From Candidatus Scatosoma sp. (GTDB lineage Bacteria > Bacillota > Clostridia > Christensenellales > Borkfalkiaceae): a DNA stretch of 37,754 nucleotides. The position numbers and the translations under genes are program-made. This document shows positions 16,916 through 24,342 of the stretch, piece by piece. The DNA lies in NCBI GenBank assembly GCA_045127475.1, contig JBGVQH010000192.1, positions 1 to 37,754 on the forward strand, given 5' to 3'. Positions within the stretch are counted from its first letter, which is position 1. Each line of letters opens with the position of its first letter. The notes below the pieces were generated by a model that was not told the DNA's origin, did no database searches, and saw only the letters and a program-made list of their open reading frames with translations.

Positions 16916-16923
16916 ACAATTTT

Positions 16924-17457
16924 ATGCAGAACTTTTTTTCGACCAAACGTCTTTGCCGCGCGGGGGTGATTGCAGCCCTGTACGTGGTGCTGACGTACGT
17001 GTTTGCGCCCTTTGCTTTCGGACCATTCCAGCTCCGACCTGCGGAGGCGCTTTGTATTTTACCCCTCTTTTATGCAGACGCTATCCCCGCCCTTTTCGTC
17101 GGGTGCGCGCTGTCTAACCTAATTTCCGCATACAGCGTTTTCGACGTCGTTATCGGCTCACTAACCACCCTTTTGGCGGCAATTTGCACCTATCTAATCG
17201 GCAGAATTTTTAAGAAGCCCCCCATACGTATCGCGCTCGGCGGCATTTTCCCCGTTTTATTCAACGCGTTTATGATTCCCGTAATTATCGTCATCATCTT
17301 CGGCGACACGGGCAATTATTCGTCCGTAACGGTGGCGTATTTTATGAATACCGTCAGCATCGGCGCAACGCAATGCATCTGGGTTTACGCCCTCGGCACA
17401 CCTCTGTATTATATCGTTTTACGCCTGCGCAAACGAGGCGTCGCTCTCTTCTTATAA
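16924..17457 (+). CDS. queT: Queuosine precursor transporter QueT (ECF S-component type)
   Basis: 177-aa polytopic protein. The N-terminal motif AGVIAALYVVLTYVFAPFAFGPFQLRPAEAL is typical of the QueT family. preQ1 riboswitch upstream. Confidence 0.85.
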   Translation: MQNFFSTKRLCRAGVIAALYVVLTYVFAPFAFGPFQLRPAEALCILPLFYADAIPALFVGCALSNLISAYSVFDVVIGSLTTLLAAICTYLIGRIFKKPPIRIALGGIFPVLFNAFMIPVIIVIIFGDTGNYSSVTVAYFMNTVSIGATQCIWVYALGTPLYYIVLRLRKRGVALFL

Positions 17458-17516
17458 CGCTGTTCTTCAACCGCGTAAACCCCGTAACAATCCCGCTATC
17501 TAATTTCTACATACGA

Positions 17517-17548
17517 TAAAAGACGGAGCTAAAAAGCTCCGCCTTTTC
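17517..17548. terminator. Bidirectional intrinsic terminator between queT and jag
   Basis: Stem CGGAGCT / AGCTCCG (17524-17530 / 17535-17541), loop AAAA. A-run upstream and TTTT downstream. Confidence 0.6.
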
Positions 17549-17558
17549 TGTTTATACA

Positions 17559-18533
17559 TTATTCTTTATCTTCGCCGTTGCCGCTATTTCCAAGGAAAAT
17601 CCCAAAGAAATCGTTGGACGGTTTCAGGCTCGTTCCGCCCGAATTTCCACCGCCCGAGGGTTTTCTATCGCGGTTAAAAGGTTTTTTACCAAAGCCGCCT
17701 TTGCCGCCTCTGCCGCGGTCATTTCTGTCGCCAAAGCCACGGTCGCGGCCTCTGCCACCACGGTGATTATAACCGCCCCTTTCGCGGCGATCTCTTTCCG
17801 TTCTTGCGGGAATTGCAGGTGCATCGGGGTCTTCTACGTTGTTAGGTACAATAACGATATAGCGGTTGGGTTCTTTCCCCTCGCTCTCCGTTTTCACTTC
17901 TTCATTTTCAGACAAAGCCGCATGGATAATTCTTCTTTCGTACGGGTTCATCGGTTCAAGTTGAATTTTCTTGCCCAACCGAACGGCTTTTGCAGCAAGG
18001 TTATCCGCCAGCTTGTTCAAGGTCGCCTCGCGGTTCTCGCGGTAATTCTCGCAATCCACCACAACGCGCTTGTAATCATCCCTGCCCGTATTCGCAACCG
18101 CGCCCGCTAAGGTTTGAATCGCGTCCAACATTATGCCGTGTTTGCCGATAATCGACGTCGTGTTTGCCGCCGTTACGTTGATTTCTACCTTTTCACCCTC
18201 GGAAACCAGCTCCGTACAAGCGGTGATATTAAGCAATTTAAACAGTCCTTCCAAGAAGATAACCGTTCTTTCGCCGTCCGTAGCGTTTTCGCCTGCCGTT
18301 TCAATTACAGGCGTAGCGTTTTCCGCTTTTTCAGCCTTTTCCGATGCCTCCACAACGGCTTCTGCAGTTTCCTTTGCTGCAATTTCTACGCGTGCCTTTA
18401 CAGCGCCGAACAGCTTTTTCTTTCCTTCTTCCAAAACGCGAATATCCGCATTCTCTCTCGTGAGCCCGAGCTCGCTCAATCCCTTTTCAACGGCTTCATC
18501 CACCGTCTTGCCCGTAAATTCGGTATAAATCAT
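17559..18533 (-). CDS. khpB: RNA-binding protein KhpB/Jag (Jag_N + KH + R3H) with a C-terminal RGG-rich extension
   Basis: Start at the ATG at 18533 (GAGGAGAGATAAA upstream). Jag_N-like N-terminus (GKTVDEAVEKGLSELG), KH motif IIGKHG, R3H motif NPYERRIIHAAL. Located downstream of yidC, as in Firmicutes. Confidence 0.9.
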   Translation of the reverse strand: MIYTEFTGKTVDEAVEKGLSELGLTRENADIRVLEEGKKKLFGAVKARVEIAAKETAEAVVEASEKAEKAENATPVIETAGENATDGERTVIFLEGLFKLLNITACTELVSEGEKVEINVTAANTTSIIGKHGIMLDAIQTLAGAVANTGRDDYKRVVVDCENYRENREATLNKLADNLAAKAVRLGKKIQLEPMNPYERRIIHAALSENEEVKTESEGKEPNRYIVIVPNNVEDPDAPAIPARTERDRRERGGYNHRGGRGRDRGFGDRNDRGRGGKGGFGKKPFNRDRKPSGGGNSGGTSLKPSNDFFGIFLGNSGNGEDKE

Positions 18534-18583
18534 TTTATCTCTCCTCGTTCCGCGTTTGTGAAACACGGAACTACATATCTCTC

Positions 18584-20131
18584 TTATTTCTTTTTATTCT
18601 TTTTGTCGCTAGGCGTCTTGTCCTTATTTCTGTTGACCGCCGCCGCTCTGCCCGAAAGCACCTTATCGCCCTTAGCCGTCGCACCTGCCGCCTTTTTGTT
18701 CGCCGCCAAATCCACCAGCTTATTGATTACAATCATGGACAGCAGCGAGAACAGGTTGCTGACAACCATGTAAATCGAGAATGCCGAGCTGTACATAAAC
18801 GAGAACACCGCGAACATACCCGTCATGATGATCATCATCATTTTCTGCTGGCTGCCGCTCTGCCCGTCTACAGACGAATATTTATTTTGCTCTTTCTGCG
18901 AACGCATGGATATCCATTGTTGCAGCAAAATCGTACCGATCGAGAGCAAAATCATGATATAATACCCGTTTGCCTCGCTCTTTTGTGCGCCGAGCTTGCC
19001 CGTTACGTTATGATAGCCCTCGTCGGAATACGCCGTAATCATCAAAATCGACTTGTCCCCTTCCTTACACGAACAAGACTTTCTTTCGATAATTTCTTGG
19101 CTGAAATTGCCATAGCTCAACACGGGGTGCTTATAGGTTGCGTCCACCGCCCACACGTTTTTAATCCAAAGGAATTTGGTGTCCTTTTTCACGGTGCTGT
19201 GGTACACTTCTACGACCCTGTCCTGCGCGGGGCTGACAAATTCTTGCTTAATCAACGTTTGCTGTGTTTTCAGCGTTAATTCATCCGCCGTCAACGTCGT
19301 GCCTGCCGCAGCCGCGTCGTCTTGAATACTCTTTTCAATCGCCGCAATAATCTCGCCGTTTTCGGAAGAATATTTATCCCAATTTAAGAAATAATTTTTT
19401 CGATTGCTGTTTTCAACGTATTTTAAAATATCCGCTTTGTTTGTTTCAAAAACGTCCTGATTGAAAACGTAGCTCTTTTCGCCCGTATCTCCGTCAACCG
19501 TAGGCGCAACCTCTTGCGTTACCGTATAATAAATATACTTGTCGTTTTCCGCAACGGTATACGTAACGGTCATACCCGTTACCGTGGAAACGCCCGTTTC
19601 TTGGTTGGTGGTCGTATTTTCCTGTACCGTCCACGTCAAATTTTCTTCATCAAATTCCGCACAGTTTTCCAACATGTTTTCGTTGTATGCGCGTACCATG
19701 GTATTATAATTTTCCACGTTGGAATAGGACGAGAACGCGTTGAACGCGTTGATGGCGACGATAAAGATCACCAAGGACAAAATCATCGGCAAGCAGGACG
19801 ACATCATGGAAATCCCGTTCTCACGATACATTTCCATAACCTTTTGGTTATACTTATCCTTGTCGTTTGCGTACTGCTTTTGCAGCTTTTCCATGCGCGC
19901 CTGATTTTCTTTCATTTTCTGGTTCTGCTTGCGCATGTTGATACGCTGGAACACATCAAACGGCATCGTAATCAATTTCAAAAGCAGGGAAAATAAAACG
20001 ATACCCACGCCGACCGATCCGCAAACCGTCGTCAGCCATAAAATAATTTTCCCGATCCAGTTGAGCGAAACGCTGTGCAGCTGCGAATAAATCGGCATAC
20101 CCACGCCCGCTAATACGTTCATAATTCCCAT
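18584..20131 (-). CDS. yidC: Membrane protein insertase YidC/SpoIIIJ, long form (515 aa)
   Basis: YidC core features: TM1, the basic coiled-coil hairpin RKQNQKMKENQARMEKLQKQY, MYRENGISMMSSCLPMILSLVIF, FLWIKNVWAVD, C-terminal TMs and a lysine-rich tail. Operon position between yidD and jag. Confidence 0.88.
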   Translation of the reverse strand: MGIMNVLAGVGMPIYSQLHSVSLNWIGKIILWLTTVCGSVGVGIVLFSLLLKLITMPFDVFQRINMRKQNQKMKENQARMEKLQKQYANDKDKYNQKVMEMYRENGISMMSSCLPMILSLVIFIVAINAFNAFSSYSNVENYNTMVRAYNENMLENCAEFDEENLTWTVQENTTTNQETGVSTVTGMTVTYTVAENDKYIYYTVTQEVAPTVDGDTGEKSYVFNQDVFETNKADILKYVENSNRKNYFLNWDKYSSENGEIIAAIEKSIQDDAAAAGTTLTADELTLKTQQTLIKQEFVSPAQDRVVEVYHSTVKKDTKFLWIKNVWAVDATYKHPVLSYGNFSQEIIERKSCSCKEGDKSILMITAYSDEGYHNVTGKLGAQKSEANGYYIMILLSIGTILLQQWISMRSQKEQNKYSSVDGQSGSQQKMMMIIMTGMFAVFSFMYSSAFSIYMVVSNLFSLLSMIVINKLVDLAANKKAAGATAKGDKVLSGRAAAVNRNKDKTPSDKKNKKK

Positions 20132-20208
20132 AATTTACCTTTTTAACTCAAACGAAAACCGTCCGTAATGCTTTCGTTTTCGATTTTTCGTTCTTTATTT
20201 CTTTGCAT

Positions 20209-20424
20209 TTACAACAACCAGCGTTTTGCAAAATATCGTTCGGGCTCAGGGTCATATCCTCCTTTGGAAAAGGGATTGCACCGCAATATTCTCCACGCCC
20301 CCAGCAAAATCCCAATTAGCGCACCGTGGTTGTTGATACAGCGCATCGTATATTCCGAACAGGTGGGATTATACCGACAGGTTTTGCGCGAAAGGTATTT
20401 TTGATAAAAACGAATCATTCGCAT
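20209..20424 (-). CDS. yidD: Membrane protein insertion efficiency factor YidD
   Basis: MIRFYQKYLS...CRYNPTCSEYT...HGALIGILLGAWRILRCNPFSKGGYDP is the YidD signature. Start ambiguous: the ORF is open up to 20535, which would overlap rnpA. Confidence 0.85.
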   Translation of the reverse strand: MRMIRFYQKYLSRKTCRYNPTCSEYTMRCINNHGALIGILLGAWRILRCNPFSKGGYDPEPERYFAKRWLL

Positions 20425-20507
20425 ACAAATAACCTTCCCCGGTTTTGAAAAAATATGCCGATAAAGCCAGCCTAAATTTTCAAAAAACAGAGAAATCGCA
20501 TTGACTT

Positions 20508-20825
20508 TTACAAATTCTCTTTTTTGATTATACATTGTAAATGCCGTTCAAAGGTTTTTAGTGCATACTCTTGCTCCACTTTCGGAATTAACAGAATATG
20601 ATACTTCCCGTCTATCTCCTCTTGTACGGAGCGGAACGCCTCGCGTAATAATCTCTTAATACGGTTGCGCATCACGGCTTTTCCGTGCCGTTTTCCCACG
20701 GAAATCCCCATCGTCATTTTTTCCGCCTTATGATATACGACGGTCAGCGACGGAGAAAATCCCCGTTTTCCCTTTTGAAACAACCTTTGAAAGTCCGCTT
20801 GTTTTTTTAATCGCAAATACTTCAT
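20508..20825 (-). CDS. rnpA: Ribonuclease P protein component
   Basis: 105 aa. LKKQADFQRLFQKG...GISVGKRHGKAVMRNRIKRLLREAFR (RNR motif). Downstream of rpmH. Confidence 0.92.
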   Translation of the reverse strand: MKYLRLKKQADFQRLFQKGKRGFSPSLTVVYHKAEKMTMGISVGKRHGKAVMRNRIKRLLREAFRSVQEEIDGKYHILLIPKVEQEYALKTFERHLQCIIKKENL

Positions 20826-20975
20826 TTTTCTAAATCAAAAGCTTTTTTAAGGGTGTTTTTTGTAAAAAAACAAAAAATTTTACCAAAACCCGCTTTCGCT
20901 ATTAAAATGGCAAATCCTTTCCCTTGCAAAAGGGAAAGGAAATGAATTGTTTTTTACCGTTTACTTTCAGAAAAA

Positions 20976-21110
20976 TTAGTGGGTCAGTCTTTTTCTACCC
21001 TTATCTCTTCTTCTCTTCAACACCTTTCTGCCAGCGGTCGTTGCCATTCTCTTACGGAAACCGTGTACTTTGCTCTTCTGTCTTTTCTTGGGTTGATAGG
21101 TTCTTTTCAT
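20976..21110 (-). CDS. rpmH: 50S ribosomal protein L34 (44 aa; below the ORF-track size cutoff)
   Basis: Hand translation of the minus strand gives [44 protein letters not shown], then a stop. AGGAGAAAACATT sits upstream of the ATG at 21110. Confidence 0.95.
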   Translation of the reverse strand: MKRTYQPKKRQKSKVHGFRKRMATTAGRKVLKRRRDKGRKRLTH

Positions 21111-21179
21111 AATGTTTTCTCCTGATTTGGTTTTTTCTTTTTTTGGTGGTTATCGCGTTTCTCCCCACAATAACTCCCA

Positions 21180-21209
21180 TATTATACCGCAAAGGCAAGA
21201 GTTAGGTCA
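21180..21209 (-). promoter_or_regulatory. rpmH promoter (TTGACC-18-TATAAT) in the 158-bp dnaN-rpmH spacer
   Basis: On the minus strand, -35 TTGACC at 21209-21204 and -10 TATAAT at 21185-21180. Confidence 0.65.
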
Positions 21210-21268
21210 AGCAATTTTACTCTCTTTTTTCGCTTTTCTTCGGGAATTTATAGGGATTTTGCCTTTTA

Positions 21269-22378
21269 TCAGTTTCCATTGCCGGTGCGTACGGGCAAAA
21301 TTAAATACTGATTTTTGTTGTCGTTTTCGTTTTCAAGCGTGAACGGTGAAACGGCAGTATTAAACGAAAGTATTACGTTTTCTTCGTTGAGCGCCTTGAG
21401 CGCGTCCAAAATATATTTGCCGTTCATGGCAATTTTTAATTCTTTTCCGTTCAGCTCGGCAGCTACCGTTTCTTCTACCTTACCCATTTCCGAGTTTGCG
21501 TTGATGACGATTTTACCAAGTTTAATATCCAGCACGATTAAATTGTTTTTATCCCCTCTGATTAAAACGGACGCTCTTTCGATACTGTCTATCATTTCCG
21601 CACGTTTCACCAAAACTTTCGTCGTGAAATCGATAGGATAAATGTTTTCTTTTCTGACGAATTCGCCCATATATAAACGGGAAGTAATCACAGTATCCGA
21701 AACGCCTACCGACAATACATTTTTGTCCGCATAAATTTTCAACGCGTCGTCGCCGTCCAGCATACGGGAAATTTCAATCAACGTTCTTGCAGGACAAACG
21801 ATTTTTAAATCGCCGTTCTCTGCCGACGCGTCGCAGTACGACGTTGCCATTCTAAACCCGTCAAGAGCCGTCGCCGTCAGCTTTCCTTCTTTCGTTTCCA
21901 AAAGACAGCCCTTTAAAATCGGTCGGCTTTCGTCCGTTGCGCAACAGAATACGACCTTGGAAATCAATTCTTTCAAATCGTTTTCCTTTGTTTTAAAATA
22001 TGCCTTGTCCTCCCAGTTTCTTTCCCCCATTTTCGGAAATTCGTCCGCGGGTAAGGATTGCATGTACGTTTCACTGTCGCCGTATTTAATGATAATCCCC
22101 TTTTCATCGGAGGTAATCACAACCTCGAACGCAGAAATTTTATTGACGAAATCGGAAAACGTCTTACCGTTTACACACAATTCGCCCTCTTCCATAATCT
22201 CGGCAATCACCTTTTTTTCAATCGAAATCTCCCCGTCGTACGCAACGAGGGTAATTCCATCGTTTGCCGCCTTTATTTTTATACATTCCAAAATCGGGGT
22301 AATCGTTTTTACTGCACACGCCTTGCTTACCGTCAAAGCCGCATCCGAAAGCAAAGTTCCGTTACATACAAATTTCAT
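21269..22378 (-). CDS. dnaN: DNA polymerase III beta sliding clamp
   Basis: 369 aa. The N-terminus MKFVCNGTLLSDAALTVSKACAVKTITPILECIKI and the overall three-domain length are typical of DnaN. Confidence 0.93.
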   Translation of the reverse strand: MKFVCNGTLLSDAALTVSKACAVKTITPILECIKIKAANDGITLVAYDGEISIEKKVIAEIMEEGELCVNGKTFSDFVNKISAFEVVITSDEKGIIIKYGDSETYMQSLPADEFPKMGERNWEDKAYFKTKENDLKELISKVVFCCATDESRPILKGCLLETKEGKLTATALDGFRMATSYCDASAENGDLKIVCPARTLIEISRMLDGDDALKIYADKNVLSVGVSDTVITSRLYMGEFVRKENIYPIDFTTKVLVKRAEMIDSIERASVLIRGDKNNLIVLDIKLGKIVINANSEMGKVEETVAAELNGKELKIAMNGKYILDALKALNEENVILSFNTAVSPFTLENENDNKNQYLILPVRTGNGN

Positions 22379-22432
22379 CTTCTTAATCTCCTAAATCCGC
22401 ACTTTTAAAAGGCTACTTTTTTTATCTTCTCT

Positions 22433-22486
22433 ATTGTACCATATCCCCGTTTTTTTTGCAAGTCAAATCACGGTTTTTTATCCACA
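22433..22486 (-). promoter_or_regulatory. dnaN promoter (TTGCAA-17-TGgTACAAT) with a perfect DnaA box just upstream
   Basis: On the minus strand, TGTGGATAA (22486-22478), then -35 TTGCAA (22461-22456) and an extended -10 TGGTACAAT ending at 22433. Confidence 0.6.
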
Positions 22487-22493
22487 TTTTTCC

Positions 22494-23006
22494 TTATAGG
22501 AAAATTATTTTTGAAAGGGGGTGTAATTTTTGAAAAATTTTCACCGTATACGCAGCGCCGCCCTCTTTCTTTTTACAATAGGCAATCATCACTTGCGCGC
22601 GCTCTGCCATATACCTGTCCCGCACCTGCATACAACCCCTGTAATAGGCAGGTGCAAGGGTTATTTTTTCGTCCGCTTTCTTTAAAATAGAAAGATAAGT
22701 TTTTTTATCCTTTTCGCAAAAATATTTTTCCTGTCCATAGCAGGGAATACAAGCTATTAATTTAATCTGCGGATATTTTTTCTTAAATTTCAACACGGCA
22801 TTTGCCGCCGTAAGGTCAAACCCCTTTGCCATACCGTTGTAAAAATCGGTTATACCATCTTTTATCAGATTTTCTATTTCTTTGTTTAATTTCCGCGCGG
22901 AAAAATCTTCGCCTAGCTCCCGATGCCCGGTGAAAACACACGCCTTATTCTGTTGTTCTTCACCCTGAGAATTTGGTAAAATTGAGAGCTGTTCTTCCAT
23001 TTTCAT
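22494..23006 (-). CDS. SLOG-fold DUF1273 (YpsA-like) protein
   Basis: 170 aa. The pattern CVFTGHR...GMAKGFDLTAANAVLKFKKKYPQIKLIACIPCYGQE...RDRYMAERAQVMIAYC...GGAAYTV matches the clostridial DUF1273/SLOG family layout. Noticeably more AT-rich by eye than most flanking genes. Confidence 0.75.
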   Translation of the reverse strand: MKMEEQLSILPNSQGEEQQNKACVFTGHRELGEDFSARKLNKEIENLIKDGITDFYNGMAKGFDLTAANAVLKFKKKYPQIKLIACIPCYGQEKYFCEKDKKTYLSILKKADEKITLAPAYYRGCMQVRDRYMAERAQVMIAYCKKKEGGAAYTVKIFQKLHPLSKIIFL

Positions 23007-23028
23007 TTTCCTTTTTTTATTTGTTATT

Positions 23029-23056
23029 ATTATATAATAAAATGAAAATTTGTCAA
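23029..23056 (-). promoter_or_regulatory. Near-consensus sigma-A promoter of the SLOG gene (TTGACA-16-TATAAT)
   Basis: On the minus strand, -35 TTGACA at 23056-23051 and -10 TATAAT at 23034-23029. Confidence 0.65.
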
Positions 23057-23109
23057 GACGGGAATGCCATAATTTTTGTGTTTTTTAGAAAAAATTTTTT
23101 ACCCTTTTC

Positions 23110-23437
23110 CAACCGTCAGTTCCAATGATTATTATTTATTAAAAAGTATAAATAGTAGTATTAGTAGTAGGGCGGGTGGAATTGTGGACAAAGGGTATGA
23201 AATAATAAAAAAAGTCTGCTTTTATAAAGGAAATTTCATTTTTAATAAGGGTGGACAACCTTATATTTTTAGGTGGATAAAAAAGTGGAGAATTTGTGTA
23301 AAGGTGGAAGAAAAGGAAAAGGTTAAAAAAATAAAAATTTATAAATATACAAAAAAATATTATAAATATTAAAAATTAAAATTATCCACGAAGTTTGTCC
23401 ACACGGTGGATAACCTTATAAACAAAAGGGTGGACAA
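23110..23437. other. Core replication origin candidate (oriC cluster B): AT-rich tract, DnaA-trios, GC cluster, DnaA boxes
   Basis: Plus strand: AT-rich 23125-23152; TAG TAG TAT TAG TAG TAG at 23153-23170; GGCGGG at 23171-23176. DnaA boxes with one mismatch at 23183, 23272, 23382, 23395 and 23405; with two mismatches at 23250 and 23429. A second AT-rich block of about 60 bp lies at 23320-23381. Confidence 0.8.
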
Positions 23438-23510
23438 AGGTGGAAAGAACGGAAAAAAATTTATAAAAAAGATTGCTATTTTATAAGAAAAGTGTTATAA
23501 TAAAAGGGCT

Positions 23511-24206
23511 ATGGAAATTAGAACGGTAGAAGAACTTTATCAAAACGAAATTTTGGGAGAAAAGCGGGAGCTGTTGGAAAACTTCCGTCTTTTATTGCTT
23601 GAATACAATCAAAAATACAATTTAACCGCCATTTTAGAGGAAAAAGACGTTTATTATAAGCATTTTTTAGACAGTGCGGCAGGCGTTGATTTGTTCGATA
23701 AAGGGGCGAACGTTGCGGAAATCGGCTCGGGAGCGGGCTTTCCGTCTATAGTGTTAAAAATTCTTCGTCCTGATTTAAAATTTTCCCTTTTTGAAAGCGT
23801 TGGGAAAAAATGTGAATTTTTGCGTGCCATTGTGGATAACTTCGGGTTTACAGGAATGCATATTTATAACATGCGGGCAGAGGACGCCGCAAAGGATGAA
23901 AAATTTAGAGAGCGCTTTGATTTTGTTACGGCAAGGGCGGTGGCGCGTATGAATACGTTGAGCGAATATTGTCTGCCCTTTGTAAAAATCGGCGGTAAAT
24001 TCGTCGCCTATAAAAGCGGGGACGTCGCCGAAATTCACGAGGCGAAAAATGCGTATAAGGAATTAGGTGGTAAGCTGTCGCAGATAAAAGAATACGCTCT
24101 TCCCGAGGGATATGGCGAGCGGGTGTTGGCAGTTGTAGAGAAAATCAGGTCCACGCCGAAAAAATATCCGCGCGGACAAGGAAAAGAACGGAAAAATCCG
24201 CTGTGA
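23511..24206 (+). CDS. rsmG: 16S rRNA (guanine527-N7)-methyltransferase
   Basis: 231 aa. YNQKYNLTAI...HFLDS...VAEIGSGAGFPSIVLKI...FVTARAVA is the RsmG/GidB pattern. Confidence 0.9.
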   Translation: MEIRTVEELYQNEILGEKRELLENFRLLLLEYNQKYNLTAILEEKDVYYKHFLDSAAGVDLFDKGANVAEIGSGAGFPSIVLKILRPDLKFSLFESVGKKCEFLRAIVDNFGFTGMHIYNMRAEDAAKDEKFRERFDFVTARAVARMNTLSEYCLPFVKIGGKFVAYKSGDVAEIHEAKNAYKELGGKLSQIKEYALPEGYGERVLAVVEKIRSTPKKYPRGQGKERKNPL

Positions 24207-24233
24207 TTTTATAAAACTGTATAAAAAAGTTAG

Positions 24234-24262
24234 AAAAAGCGACCTACACATGGTCGCTTTTT
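24234..24262. terminator. Bidirectional intrinsic terminator between rsmG and ricT
   Basis: AAAAA-GCGACC-TACACAT-GGTCGC-TTTTT. The perfect stem is extended by A/T pairs. Confidence 0.8.
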
Positions 24263-24342
24263 GCATTCTGAAAGGGAGTATTGCGCGCTATTTTATGGAG
24301 AAAAGTTTCCATAATCGCAATACGTATAGGGGGTTTTTAAAA

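Noticed and set aside
23076-23372. 98-aa plus-strand ORF across the origin core
   Set aside because: The extremely AT-rich, Lys/Tyr/Ile-rich translation spans the trios, DnaA boxes and AT block, with no RBS. It is better explained as oriC DNA.
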